In this document: positions 39,345 to 54,057 of the stretch, piece after piece
How the letters are laid out: each line of letters begins with the position of its first letter
Numbering within the stretch: position 1 is the stretch's first letter
Assembly: GCF_037042905.1 (NCBI RefSeq)
Contig: NC_087245.1
Span: forward strand, 1,054,001-1,118,000
DNA length: 64,000 bases
Source: Lytechinus pictus
Lineage: Eukaryota
Reading direction: 5' to 3'
The notes under the pieces: generated by a model
Told to the model about the DNA's origin: nothing
Seen by the model: the letters and a program-made list of their open reading frames with translations, nothing else
Databases searched by the model: none
Program-made: the position numbers and the translations under genes

Positions 39345-39454
39345 AGTAGGGATAGTAATATCAGCAATATTAAGAGTAGCAATGATAGGAGTAATAGTAA
39401 TAGTAGAAGTAGCAGCAGTAGTAGTAGCAGTAGTAGTAGTAGTAGTAGTAGTAA

Positions 39455-39514
<60 letters not shown>

Positions 39515-39675
39515 AAGTAGTAGTAGAAACAGTAGCAGCAGCAGCAACAGCAGTAGTAGTAGTAGTACTAATAGTAGCAGTAGTAGTAGTAGTAGCAGTA
39601 TTAGCAGTAGTAGTAGTAGTAGCAGTATTATTATTATTAGTAGTAGTAGTAGTAGTAATAGTAGTAGTCGTCATT

Positions 39676-39750
<75 letters not shown>

Positions 39751-39970
39751 ACAGCAGCAGCAGCAACAGCAGTAGTAGTAGTAGTAGTGGTACTAGTAGT
39801 AGCAGTAGTAGTAGTAGTAGTAGCAGCAGTATTAGCAGTAGTAGTAGTAGTAGCAGTATTATTATTATTAGTAGTAGTAGTAGTAGTAATAGTAGTAGTC
39901 GTCATTGTAGTACTCCTACCAGTAGTAGCAGTAGTAGTAGTAGTAGTAGTAGTTGCAGCAGCAGCAGCAG

Positions 39971-40036
<66 letters not shown>

Positions 40037-40037
40037 C

Positions 40038-40075
<38 letters not shown>

Positions 40076-40147
40076 AAGTAGAAGTATAGTAGTAGTAGTA
40101 GTAGCAGCAGCAACAGCAGCAGTAACATCAGCAGCAGTATAGTAATA

Positions 40148-40196
<49 letters not shown>

Positions 40197-40208
40197 CGTC
40201 GTAGAAGT
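39345..40208. repeat. (TAG/CAG)n compound microsatellite, ~860 bp
   Basis: TAG tract with an internal block duplication (GTCGTCATTG at 39667 and 39898). Confidence 0.98.
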
Positions 40209-40849
40209 AACTGGCGTATAGGTGGGGATTGGGGCACTGTCTCCCCCCCCCCCCACAAACTAGTTTAAAGGTTTAAGGGAGAAGGCGAAAAGAAAGACAA
40301 TGGGAGGGGGAAAGGTTGCATGTGACCTTATCTTGTAATGCTATTTCAAAAATGTATCACAAAATTAAATTTTTACTTTTTAAAACCCCAAAAATATTTG
40401 CTCATTTGTGACTTTCCATAAATGTTGTCCCATGTTTTGTTCATCTTAAAACAATGTTAGCTCTTTACACCTTTGGTGTGGTAGTCTTAGCAGTAATAGG
40501 GGTTATAGTATTAATCTTGATATTGCTTGTCAAACTTTATATATCTTTGTTTTTTCCGTTTGCTATGTCTTCACCCCTTTCCTTCACCCTCGTCCCGTAT
40601 AGATCTGGATGAAAAACCCGTACACTCAATCATTGCACGTAAAAATGAAATAAGGGCTAACGTCCGAGACTACCTCCCCCCCCCCCCCTCTCCCCCCCCC
40701 CCCCCATTCTTCATCCTTGGTTCGCAATCGTTGTTATAAGTATTGTTCATAACTTCAAATGAGCTGTCTAAAACTTTCAAATTGGTAGGCCTCGAGATTT
40801 TGCCAAAATGTTTTATCTCATTAATCACAATAAAATGGCATAAAATGGC

Positions 40850-41915
40850 ATAATAGCTTGGGGGAATTGTGCTGACTACCTCGTCAACAGAATTCTACTT
40901 TTACAGAAAAAGGCTTTGCGTATTATTTGTCATACAGATTTTCGTGCACACACTGATGTACTTTTCTACAATCATAATATTTTGAAGGTCGGTGATTTAT
41001 ATAGTTATAATCTTGGAAAGCTTATGTATACTTTAGATAGAAATGAACTACCAAATATTTTTTATTCCATGTTCACTAAAAATGTCAATATTCATCATTA
41101 TCCAACAAGGTCCGCCGGACTTTTTCACCCACCAAGAGCTAGAACCATCCTTTTGAATAAAACATTTATTTTTACCGGTACACAACTTTGGAACTCTCTT
41201 TTGGAATCCGTGCGCAATAAACCGACACATTTTAGTTTCAGTAATGGGTTAAAGAAAATTCCTCTCCACAAATATAAATCGCAGATATCCAACGTCTCTA
41301 CTTAAGCAGCATTCTCTTTTTGTTATTATTTTTTTCTTATTTTCTATTCCCCTCTCCTCACATTTTCATCTTCTCTTTCTATTCTTAATGTGCAGATTTC
41401 TTGTTTGTTTTGTCTGTTCTGGTCTTTTGGCTTGTTATCTGTAGTGTTTGTTTTGTTTTTTGTTTCTCTGTCCTGTTTTGTCCTGTCTTGTCCTCTTCGG
41501 TACACTGTCTTTGTTTTGTTTTGTGTTTTTTTTTTCTCTGTTAATATTCCCTCTTGTCTTGTTAAATTTATCTTACATACAATATTTGAATCGTTATCTT
41601 GTATATATATATATATTTGTATACCATGGGTATGAATATATTGTCTTGATTGTATAAATTTTTGTATATTGCATAAACATACGAAGCTTGACCCCATTAG
41701 TAGTCTTCAAATATTTTATTGAACATTGTTAATTTATATTTGTATTTGATAAATTTTAATCAGTTATTTATTTCAGGGGACTCACATAAACAAGCGAAGC
41801 TTTCCAGTGAGTTCCCTTTTTTTTTTCATTTCTGTTATTCATATTGTGTTTTGTTCCTACTTACTTTGTCAATTTGTTTGAAATGAAGAAAAAAATAAAT
41901 TCAATCAATCAATCA
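40850..41915 (+). mobile_element. 5'-truncated CR1/L2-group non-LTR retrotransposon (ORF2 C-terminus + 3' UTR)
   Basis: Translation AWGNCADYLVNRILLLQKKALRIICH...HHYPTR...GTQLWNSL is typical of post-RT ORF2; 3' UTR stem-loop GGGACTCAC...GTGAGTTCCC; AATAAA + (TCAA)n tail. Confidence 0.85.
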
Positions 41916-42269
41916 AAAAAATAAAGCCAAAGACTGATCAATTAATTGCGATTATCCATTTTGAATAAGTTGAATACTATACCTTCATGATAATTGTGAA
42001 AATTGATTTCATATCTCACAAATTGTTGTCTAGCTCAAGCCCTTCGTTGCTTATTGTATTAAACTTAATTATTATCACATTTTAACAATTTGTAGCCATT
42101 CATATGAATACTCAAGACCGATGTGCGAAATAAGCCATAGGCAATCACACTTTTGTACGCGTGCAAATTGTAGTAGAAAAGGTGCTAAAACGTTTACTAC
42201 AAGGACCAGCGAAGACCTACATAAGCATTACAATGTAAGGGTATGCTAATTATATGACAGAAACACACT

Positions 42270-42578
42270 GGCCCTATTCTGAAGTCAGGTTTACTTAGAC
42301 CACGGTCTAACTCTGTGCTAAAATTATGGGGAGCCAAAAAATAAAAAAATGTGTTTATATTGTATATTTCTTATGTTTATTATATTGTTTCATTTTGTTT
42401 TCATAATGAAGAAAATACTCCAGTTATCATTCCCAGACAATTATGAACAATTTGGATGTCATATCAATTAATAATTTGGGTGTGTACTGTTAGGGATTTT
42501 TGCCTCAATTGGCTCTCCATAGTTAAACCACAACTTTAAATCTGTGTTTAATTTAAACCCGAGTTCAGAATACGGACC
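42270..42578. mobile_element. Harbinger-like MITE
   Basis: Inverted ends GGCCCTATTCTGAAGTCAGGTTTA / TAAACCCGAGTTCAGAATACGGACC. Confidence 0.7.
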
Positions 42579-45500
42579 ACTATTTTTAAATGACATTTTA
42601 TTTCAACCTTCGTCTTGAAAACTAAAAAATTATCACAATAACTCATACAACATACATAATTACTGAAAATGAGAATGTCCAATTAATGATGCCAGCCTCT
42701 CCCACAAGCACATAGTTATATTAAATAAAATACGTTCATGGTGAAAGAAACAAAGATAGAATTGGGGAGATAGAGATAGAGAGAGGGGAGAGAAAGAAAA
42801 CGAAACGGGGATACGTCAGCACCCATTTTTTTCGTATATAAAAATAATTTAGTGAAACATTAAACACACATAAATTTCATTTCCCCAGATTAAAAAAAAT
42901 GCCATCCATACCTGCTAAAACTTTGTTTCCCTAGCACAGCGCTGCACAAGTAAAACTCATATTGCTAGAAGGAATCAGGCTCTCCCCTGAAATTAACTTT
43001 TGGTGACGAAATTCTTTTAAGATCCGCATTTTCATCGATAATATAAATATCAAATTGCGCCATTGGGGTAGCTTACCTACAATGCGATTACCACTTTGGG
43101 TAAATGTGTCTTCCAAATGTGCAAATCGGAGCAAGGAGTGAATTTTGCTACAGGGGACAAACACTTCTAAAAATCAATCATTTCCTACCGAGGAGGAGAT
43201 TCTCTTTTCATCATCACAGGTTGGATTAAAATTTAAAATATAGTGGCTGAAACAAGTTGTGGAGCAGTGGAAACGGTGGACAATTTTGTAATTTTCCTTT
43301 CATTATGTTCATACGGTAGCTTTAAACTTCCGTCGACAAGATATTTCATCTTGTCAAGTCGGCGTGATAGTCTTATTATGTCGGCATATTTACTTTCATA
43401 ATTCGACATGGCCATTTGAATTTTCTATCCATGTTGACGTTTGAGAGTTTACATGTTATAAAGATGGCAAAATGTATCGTACCAAGTTGCCATGACAACT
43501 TTTCAACTTTTTTTAAGTCGAATAGAAAAATAATTCGCACAACCATGTTAACTTACAAAGTTGATGATTCGATATAATATAGGTATAAAGTCGACTTGAT
43601 AAGCTAAAATATTTAGTCATCTTGTCAAGAAGAATGGCACTTTTCAGCTTCCGTGCTTGATGAAAATGTTCTCTTTACTTTCATCTATTACAATGCATTC
43701 ATGATTAGGAGCGATCACTCATCGCCGCTTCATTACGATTCTCAAACAGTCGTGAACAATGGTGGAAGCACTCGAACTCAATGTGACTACGTTCTCAATG
43801 CGTTTTGAACACGGTGCTAATGCGGACTGGTGCGATAGTAACACGGATCTCCGAAAGGCAGCGGATCTACTCGGTGAACGGCGTTTTGGACACGATTCGT
43901 TTCAAATCGGAAATACCGCCACGAAAATTAAACATTTTCAATTTGTGCAAAATATAGTTATGTATATTCACGGAGGATAAATATCTTCTATTTCTTCACT
44001 TTTAATATAAATATTGCAATAACAATAGTTATCTCTTTGGGGCAGAAATTAAACTGAATATTAATTCACTCGTTTAGGTTCATTATTTCCAACCTACCCC
44101 TCCCTCCATGGGTGCTAAGTTTGATTTGTCTTTTTCTCTGGGCAGCATACACAGTGATTAATTCGACCCGACGCAGCTGTTATAATCCATTGTCTCACAA
44201 ATTCTCACCCCTTTCAATCCTACGATCTCATTTTAATCCCCACTTAGGATATCACTCCAACAAAATACAACCCGTAACGGAAAGACTGCTTGAAATGAAG
44301 AGAAAATACAGAAAGGGCACTGCAACAAAAGCCATTTCAAAATTCAAACAGGAGGGTGACGAGGAAAGCGACTGGGCGAAAAGAAAAAACTTGTAAGGCC
44401 AGGGTAAAAATGGCAGATTTTTGTCAAAAATATACCCTGGAGCAAGCTCATAGATTTCCGTCCCATTTTTTTTTCGTGCATTCTTTTCAGCTTCTGATCT
44501 GCGCACTTCGTAGAAATCGCTTTTTAATTACGCCGCGACGAGAACTCAACGGTCTTTCCGTATTACTTTACGCCTGTAGTAAATGGTGTGATCTTTATGA
44601 CTTAGGCTCTATTTGCAGCACATGTTTGTCCAGTATTATGTGCACCAATATTATCTGCCCACTTTAAAAGTTCTCGATCCTTCTCTGCATCTTTTTCACA
44701 AGATGCAGCTTTCCTTAAATTTCCTCAAATCATATCTAGGACCCCCGTAAATTCTTTTGTATTATTGGTCGGGCACCATTGTCCATCGTGAAAAATACTC
44801 CATTAAAGATTTAAAGGGATCGTCTGTGAGAAGCTGATTTAAAAAATTCTCAAATTAAGATGAAATATGTTAAGGAGTTTATGTATTTGTTCTAAGAAAC
44901 CCTGGAAATCATCTTTATTTTTGATGAAAAGTCGTTAGTAGGTGGATAAATGTGATTGTATTGCAACCCGTCTCCGAGACGCTTTCGCAAAGTACCGTTA
45001 TTTCCAGATTCGAAAATGAAATTTCGTTTTTCTTTGACTTTTGACCTGTAGGTCCACGCTTGACCCACACCCTCCTCGGCTGGTGTAAAAAAAGAAAACC
45101 TCGTAGTTAGTATTGTATATGTTTATTGTTTTTATCTCACTTTTACCATATTCCATTTAAATTCTTTTTAAAAAGTGTGCTAGAGGTTTACCTGACAGAT
45201 TTAGGTATCATCCTAACCATGCTACTCGTTTTAGACGTCTATAGTTTTTACTTCATCATGAATTGATTTACTTCAAGACATTGTGTTCTCATGCAATCCA
45301 CATTATACAAAATTTTACTCATCGTACTTTTTTTTTCAATTTCCCTAGACGGCAATAAAATTTTGTTTTAGCCACAAAACGATTAAGGACCGATCTTTGA
45401 TCATTTCGGGCACTACTGATGGTCAATCTTCTGTTTAACAATTTGCAATGTGAAATTGACTTTAACAATAGTTCTTATTTCAGATTATATTACTAGTGGT

Positions 45501-46271
45501 TAACAGAATAATCATACCCAATTTGTGAGAGGGCAAATAAACGAAGGACTCCAATTTAGTTTAATCATATCAATGAACGTCCGCGCTTACTGCGACCGTG
45601 GAACTTCTTTAGCTTTCAATGATTGTAATCAAACTTGGTCACATCGATAAAAATGAATTATTTTATCTCCTTGAGATAGAAATCACTTCAAACACCAATC
45701 CGCTTGCTACAATGGACGTAATGATATTTATTAATACAAACAAAGACCGTTCTAAATTGTTTGTCGTGTGTGGATTCTTCCCCTTACAGCTGTAATGCGT
45801 CGTTCCATTATCATAGCCATCGACTTTCTTCAATTGAATCTGCTCCAAAATTTCTATTTGAAGTTCAACCTTCTTTCTTATACGTTTTAAATCGCCGTTC
45901 CCTATTTAATGGTATTTTGGTTTAGGGCACGCGAGATGTGGTTTTTCTTCTCTTCTGCCACGCTCTTAAGCTATTGTCCAACTTTTCATCTCTTGGGGCG
46001 AAACAAGTTATATCGTATTTTCTCTTATATATGCGGAATGTGGTATGTTTGTACCGTCCATTTTATTGTGTGTATACCCACTATATTCCGGTGTTGTACT
46101 GTAACGATGCCTTTATGAACGAACGATGTCAAAAAGAATTAATGTTCATTCATAATTATCTTCATCTGATAATTTTCAACTTAACAAGGAGATGTTAAAA
46201 TTCTTATTTAATATTATTTTGTTTTATTATATCTGTGATATTTGCATGGTTATCATAATGAGAATTGATAT

Positions 46272-46444
46272 ACTACTACTACTACTACTACTTCTAATAA
46301 TAATAATAATGATAATAATAATAATAATAATAATAATGATAATAATAATAATAGGCCCCTTTTTTACTTTCTAATTTACTCCATTGGCTCTCTTTTATTA
46401 GATAAGCAGTTTTCAACAGCTTCTTTTTGCCAATAATAATAATT

Positions 46445-46475
<31 letters not shown>

Positions 46476-46540
46476 TAATAATAATAGTGATGATAATACT
46501 AATGATATATATAATAATGATGATAATAATACTATTAATA
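46272..46540. repeat. (ACT)n/(AAT)n microsatellites
   Basis: Compound trinucleotide tracts. Confidence 0.9.
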
Positions 46541-48877
46541 TATCGATATTAGGATTGAACCATAAGATAGTATTCTTTAATATTCAACGTCATGTCACAT
46601 TTTCAGCCAGCAATAAAAAAAAATTTAAAAGCGTTCCAAAATTACCACACCTTCCTCAATAAAGTCTTTAATTTTAGGCGGACGAGTTTACATTTAGAAT
46701 ATCAATCGATATACGATACACTCTTCCATTAAAGTAGTAAACAGCAGTTGTACTTCAGTTGATATTTTTTCATTTCTTTTATCCATCTTTTTTTAATCAT
46801 ACACACACACACACACACACACACCCTCCCTCACACACACACACGTTGCTTCAGTCATGCCTATATCATTTTAATGTAGACCTATATTTGATGTATAGGG
46901 ATGTCGATAATTTGTCAAGGACACTGGTGTCGTACAAAGAATTGAACCCCGTTCTTCTGTGTGTGGAATCATGTGCCTTTTAATGGACCACTTGTCCACG
47001 GCACCTCAGTTCATGGGAAAGTGAGTTGTTCATTTGTGCAATCGATTAGTTTTTAAGCGTTTTGTTTAATATTTAATTTCGTGTTGGATATTAGTCTCAT
47101 TTGGTATTCTTTGTTTGCTGTTTGTGTTTGTCATATTATGATGTTCTCGCTATTTCCATCATTATTTCAGGAGATGGTTTCCCTTTTCGTTTGCGTGTCA
47201 GCTTTTCTTTATTGCAGTCGTGTTATTTATCAATATATCAGGTAATAATAATGGGAATTATAAAAAGAGAAATATCACTTCATACAAGAAAAATAAATTA
47301 TACAAGCAAAAATGAATTATATATGGTATTTATTATCTCAAATTATCATACACTCGAACTGTCAGTTTCAGCACACCTTACTAAATATATGGGTCGCTAT
47401 TGTAATTTGCGTGATGTTATGACATAGAGCTTCGCACAGGCCAATATATTACAATAGACAATGATATAAAAGCAGAAAAAAAATTAAAGCTTTATTTATT
47501 ACCGAGTTACTTGCATCCAGCCACACCTGTTTGGGGTGAATGCTCTTTTTACTTCAATTCTCTTTTCATTCCTATTGCAAAATCCCCCCCCCCCTCTCTC
47601 TCTCTCCCTTCACATTTTGTCAGATTATTATTTTTTTATTCCCATTAATATTGTCAGTTTTCTCCTGCCTGTCGTTTCCCCCCTAAGGGCCTATACAACA
47701 ATGGTGGAGGTCCATGGTTCCTATACGATGTTCATTGGTAAAAGCATATAGCGCGGTGGGGATGGGGACTGGTAGGGGAGTGGCGGTGGGGTGGCGGGGA
47801 CGTGTCCCACCCTCGAATTTCGATCCCCCCAGCAGCCTGAGATCATCGCCTCCCCTCCTCATCATCCTCCATTCCCACCCCCCCCCCCCCCGCCATGACA
47901 AAAAAAAGAAATCTTAAGAAATCGCCGTGCACGATGATTTTGAAGTAAAACAAAAAATATCAAAGTAAATGACAAAGCTTACTCTGATTCGTATCGTTAG
48001 TTTTCTTTTGTTTGTACACCCTGTATCCCAGAAGATGGAAGCATCCTACCTACTTTCACAAGTGATTAACTGCAAAAGGGTATACATTTCAACTTTGTTT
48101 TGTCCTCTACAGTGGTAATAATGGGAGGATTTGAGGAGATCAAGGCGGTCCAATCGACTCCCATCACAAAAGAAGAGGAGGCCAGTTTGCCTTTTCTTTC
48201 TTCTATAATATCCAGGGTTCAAAAACAGATCAAGGATGAAAATGGGAGATAATGATTTTTTTTCTTACATTATACACGCATCACTGATATGCCCGTAGGT
48301 GACCTATAAAATGGATATATAAAAAAGGCATCTTTCTTCCCTCAATGGATATTGGTGTTTAAAATAATCTCACAAAGAACGAGTCTCATTCGTTAAACTT
48401 GCATCACTTTGTCTATGCAAATGTACACTATATATGAGCCTGTTTTTTTTTTTGCAAAGTAAATTTAACCTTCGGCAAATTTCCATCAAGTTCAAGGCGA
48501 AATAATCTTATCAAAATAATCAGTTAAAGAAAATTATACTTCGTAAACATGAGTTAAATTTAAAAAAAATAATTGAATGACCAAAATGGCCATGTAATCT
48601 TTATCTGATGTGAAAACATTTTTTTAATGTAATGATGCAAACGTTTTAAAGTCTAAAATAAGGATGATAAAACCAGCTCTTTGGTAAATCAAATGGTTTA
48701 GATTTGAATTGTTTTTATTTCATTTTTTTTTCTTAAATATATTTCCGCATCTTATAATCTTGATGACAAATGAAAATAATGATGATTTCTAACTTTTAAA
48801 GGAAAACTTTGAAGTGGGATGAAATTTTACCAAATAACTAATTTGTTTCTTCATTTTTTCCATGCATAGTTTAACAT

Positions 48878-49220
48878 GTTTGATTTGATTTGATTTATTT
48901 TATTTAAACACGGTAAAAAGCCCTCGATCAGCCAATGGCTGGTTTTCAGAGAGAACGTGCAATATAACAAACAATATAAAGAATAACAAATCATAACAAA
49001 GTATAATAAGTAAAGCAAAAATCTATATACAAAACCAAAGAGGGAGGATGAAACAAAACAGAAACAAAATCAAAACAGAAAAACAAAAACACAAACACAA
49101 TTGTAACGAAAAGTTTGGTAAAAAAGGATAATCAAGATTTCAGGACTTTTTCAATTTCAGATTCAAATGAATTTAGATTTGGTCAAGTGCGAATACGTTC
49201 TGCCAATGAATTAAAATCAA
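48878..49220 (-). mobile_element. LINE 3' end fragment
   Basis: (TTTGA)n + TTTATT tail, stem-loop TCAGCC-AAT-GGCTGG, A-rich UTR, remnant of an ORF2 C-terminus near 49150-49215. Confidence 0.55.
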
Positions 49221-50559
49221 GTATGGCAAGATATAGGCTGCTAGGCTGTTTAAAGACACATAATGAAAAAAAAATGTAATACATTGAGAGGAAGTGTGAA
49301 AATTGTGAAAATCAGAAAAGTAGGGCTATAATTGGAGACTTAATACAGGAAACACTGTAAAGGATGATGATGGTTTTAAGGAGATTTCAGTTCAGTATAG
49401 GTTATATGAAACTATTTACAAAGTTATTAGAAAGTGATCAGTTACGACCAGCCGCTGTGGAGCACGTGTTTCTAGCGGGTGTGCTTGAAACAAAACACGG
49501 CACACCGTCGGGGTGGAAGACGCTTCATATTATGACAGACCCAACACTAATGAAATAGATCCGTTATGTGAGGCAAACGCAGAGAGAGTGGGGAAGGAGT
49601 AAGGAGGAAAGATAATAGTAATGAGTGAGGTAGATATTAAGATAGGATTTCTGTGAGGAGTGTTGTTTTTAATGCCGCCTCTCTAACATCCTTTGATCGA
49701 ATCAATATCAATAAAACTCTCTTTTTTTTTTAAAGTGAGGATGATGGACTTTTAGGAGGTTTTAAAATGTGGAGAGGTTTGGTACCCTCCGGGCTAAGCG
49801 ACCGGTTTTCTATCATGATCATAAGTAAATGAACCATGATAACTTTAAAAGAAGAAATGTTTAGTTATATGTATATAATACTATTTAAATATTCCGTCTT
49901 TCAATAGCTGTTTGAAAATTTTCAATAAAAAATTCATACGAAAAATCCCTTTTTGATTATTCTTATTATGAAAAAGCATCTTTTGATGCATGGCGTCGTA
50001 ATTATAACGCTGGATTCAGTTTGAATGTGTTGATCTCCGATTTTAACTTATTTGCATTAAAAAGGAAATGATGAAATATATTTATCATTTTAGTAGATTT
50101 TACATTTGTTTATTTTCCTTTAAGCTATTGAAATACTTTGAGAGCATAAAAAGATCAAAATGAGATATTTTACGGAAATCTTTGTAAATGGTTTGGAGGT
50201 TTGTTTCAGATTTTCGCACCGGCACATTTTGAACGATTGCTAAGAAGATTCTAGATTAGGTTTAGTACAACTACATTGAGGGAACTGGTATTTTTAGCAT
50301 AAAAACTGTGGCGATCAAAGACCATTTCGATTTCATAATACAGACAGGACAATACCCTAAATTTAAACATCAGGGTTGCTACAGAAAATAATCTCACCTT
50401 CGCTCAATACCTGGCCAAGATAAATTCGTCGGTGCCATTGCTGGTCTAAAAATGTCGAATGATAAAGTAAGAAGGACATGGTGAAGGTGGTTTAATGTAG
50501 AAAATTGATTATTGAGAAGTTATTATAATCATACCACTAGACAGCATACATTGTGTTAG

Positions 50560-52305
50560 TTATTATTGCGTTAGGGGGAAAGCCTTGGAGTGGTTTAAAA
50601 GTTATCTCACAAACAGAAAACAATTTGTCTGATTCAATGGAGTAGAATCAGATATCAAATTGGTTACCTCGGTATTCCTCAAGGGAGCATCCTTGGCCCC
50701 ACTGATTTATATCATTTTGCAAATGATTTTCAATATTCATCTCCACTTTAGTCATTTATTCCTTATGCAGATGATTCAAGTATATGTTTCTCGCATAAAA
50801 ATTCCCAAACAGTTGTTGAGATTGTAAACACTGAGTTGCAAAGCAATTGTGAATGGATATTTGCCAATAGGCTCTCACTAAATTTTGACAAAACAAATGT
50901 CATGTTATTTAGACACTCTCTCGCAATGATGTTACCTGTTAATATTTTTCTATGATATTCAGATCAGTAGGGTAAATTCAATTAAGTTCTTGGGACTTTT
51001 TATTGATGATAAGATAACCTGGAAAATTCATACAAATCACATTTGCTCATTTTTATCTAGAAATACTGGTATAATGTATAAGCAAAAAAACAATGTTTCC
51101 ATGCAACCCATATTATGCATATGTTATATTCCACTGTATTACTTCCATATTTAAACTATGGGATTCTTGACTGGGGAATTCTATGAAGCTTCGACTTGAT
51201 ACAATTTTGGTTATACAAAAGAGAGCAATTCGTATCATTTGTAATGCCCATCCACGTGCCCATATACAGGTAAGAAAAAAAAGTGTTTTAAGAATTTCCG
51301 ATATTTTCAATCTGCAGTTGAGTTCTTTCATCGATCTTTCAATTTAACAATAATGACCTGCCTCCGGCACTTATATATTTGTTCATTAAAAACAACAAAT
51401 TGCATAAATATCCAACACGCCAAGCATTTTCGTTTCATCTTCGAAAACTAGAACTAAACTTGCTCACAGTACTTTAATTTATTCAGGTTCCAAGTTTTGG
51501 AATTCTCTTAATTGTGAGATAAAAAGATCTGTAAGTTTAACTGTATTTAAAAGAAAAATGAAGAAGTCTCTTTTGAGTCTATATTGTAACCCATAGAACC
51601 CAAGTGTAGAAAAAAGTTTTGTTATACAATCTATATATACTTTATTTACATTCACTTGTGTATATAATTATATTATATGCCAATTTTAGGACGGTCAGAA
51701 GGAGCGTTTGGGTATCTGGTTGTCAGGGAAACTTTACAATGAATCACATTGGTTTTTTTTTCAGGATTGCTTCCTTTGATACTTTTCTTACCTAGCAACT
51801 ATGAAAACGTTTCCCTTGTCTGCCGGTGTCTCTCTGCCCTCACTCTCCCCGTCCGTCTGTCGTGTAAACATATTACATGTATTTATTTACAGCTGCAGAT
51901 ACCCTTGTGACGGACCCGTCTACTATGTAGTTCATGGCATACGGCAAAATATGCATTTTTCCCTCTGAATCATTTTATACTTGAATGGCAATAATATATA
52001 AACGGGTCCTCTGTGTTTTTTCTTCTTTGTATTGTCTAGTAACCTGTGTGTCACTGTTCTTCGTTCCACTTTTTGTTTTCGTCCTTGTGTAGTTCTGCTA
52101 CTTTCTCCTAGCTTTGCTCTATTTTCCCCCTTCAAGCTTTTGCTTTACTTTAGGTCCATCCACTTTAAATGTAACGCTCAAGATTGTATTTCTTCTTCTT
52201 TTTTTGTTTACTATACTTACTTTTGTAATCATTTATACTATTTCAAAATTAGTTATATGTTTTGTATTTTTATTGACTTGTGGAAAATAAACTAAATGAA
52301 TGAAT
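50560..52305 (+). pseudogene. Decayed CR1/L2-group LINE reverse transcriptase with 3' UTR
   Basis: Frameshifted translation VRGKALEWFKSYLTNRKQFV, GIPQGSILGP, YADDS, WIFANRLSLNFDKT, KFLGLFIDDKITWKIH, QKRAIRII, GSKFWNSL; AATAAA + (TGAA) tail at ~52285-52305. Confidence 0.92.
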
Positions 52306-53793
52306 TAATTAACACTGACAGGACACTAAAATATAAACATGATAAAGGGGAATAAAACATTATAGAGGTCGCTCTTCACAATGCGAGGCAACGAAGAACC
52401 ACCATTCGGCGGCAGCATGCAGGAGAAGGGGGGTGGGTGTTCATTCATTTATCTTTTCATGGAGGCACGCGTCTTCTGAATTCAAATGATGCCGTATTCT
52501 TACTTACTTCCAAAAGTAGTAGTCATATTGCGTCACACTGACTGGTCTATATAGTTTTGTAATTTACTTTGAAATTCTCCACATTTACTAATAAGCCACC
52601 GTAGGCACTCCAAAATCTCCAATAGATATTTTGTCCTATGTAGGCCTATTCATTTATACCCCCCCCCCTCTCTCTCTCTCTCTCTCTGTAATTTTCAAAG
52701 ATTAAAAAATACAGGTGATTATAATAAAAAAGAAAGAAACTAAATTAACTAGAATTCGTAATGCTATTTTCATTAAAAAAAAATGTGGGAGGAATAAAAT
52801 TTAAAAAATGACCAACTGACTCTTAGTTCCGAATTATTGAAATCGAAATCAAGAACAATCAAACTCAAGAACGATAAGTATATCAACAACATTTACAGCT
52901 GAAATTTCCACGGCAAATAATGACGAATAAATCACGCAGTTGAATAACAGCATTTTGGGAAGTCTGAGAAAAGCAAGGAAAAGATTTGACCTTAAAATGA
53001 GGACACGGCACATCGGTCTATACAATCACAGAATCCTTATTATGAAAGACATAGGGTGAATGAGAGGTGATCAATAGAATAGAACAATCTCTCCCCATCA
53101 TCATTTTAACTCCTTTCCTTAATTAACCTCCCAGACAAACATAGTATACAAAAGACCCAAGTGGGACCCTTCCCGTCCCCCTCTCTTTTCCCTAATTCTC
53201 TCTCTCGACTAGCCACGCGAATGGCTTCAATATACATTGATTCCTTTCATCCAAAACCCTATTCTAAGGTAATACCCAGGGGCCATTTCGTGGGCACGCG
53301 AATATTAATTCTTTTCTGCTTCGTATTCCTTTCCCCGTTTATACCTTTTCTTTCCCATTTTCTTTTCATTTGTCTGTGTATCCATGAGGTTCTTGGGGAT
53401 TCTGATTTTCTGAGTAAAATGTAGACCAAGTGGATGTATATCGAAGGAGAGCAGTGGCTATAATACGGTTCCACTGTTAGAAAGCACGGGAGAGCTACAT
53501 GGTGTCCCAATAAACCTAAGGACAGATCATGTCTTTAAAACATCAAAGCCACTACATAATTATTAGTGTTGCAAAGTGCGTACTATACTGCAACATGAGA
53601 AACGAAGTTCGATGTGATGCTTTGATAAAATGAGATACGTGGAAACTGAGGAATTTGGAAAAGTAACAATATAGCATTATTTTGATGAAATATGGAGAAT
53701 CAAGCGCCTGTAATTTGTAGTTAATTCAAGATCACTGTATAATTTGTTGGGAAATCTAAAGCAAACCTTATGTTCTTAGATGCCTATATCAAC

Positions 53794-54057
53794 CATGGGC
53801 GGAAATCCCAGGCGGATAGGAGGGGGGCGTCACCCATACCCAAAATAGTAGGGGGGGGGGGACACAATATCAAATGTCCCCCTACTATTTTTTTGTCTTT
53901 TATGATGGAAAGAAATACATCATTCAAAATCGAAATAAAACATGTATTTTGGACGAGGTGACCTTACTTTTTGGGTGATAACTTTTTTTTTTTTTTTGCT
54001 TGTCAAATTTGCCAGCCCCTGGTTTCCCCGACCTTTGGGAAGAGATTTCCGCCCATG
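53794..54057. mobile_element. hAT-like MITE
   Basis: Perfect 14-bp TIRs CATGGGCGGAAATC / GATTTCCGCCCATG; perfect 8-bp TSD ATATCAAC (53786-53793, 54058-54065). Confidence 0.92.

Noticed and set aside
44112..44396. 94 aa ORF with a basic C-terminus
   Set aside because: Non-ATG start, no recognisable domain, no convincing splice sites.
53043..53065. miR-71-like sequence TGAAAGACATAGGGTGAATGAGA
   Set aside because: Matches the miR-71 5' end as I recall it but diverges after about 10 nt, and I cannot see a well-paired hairpin.
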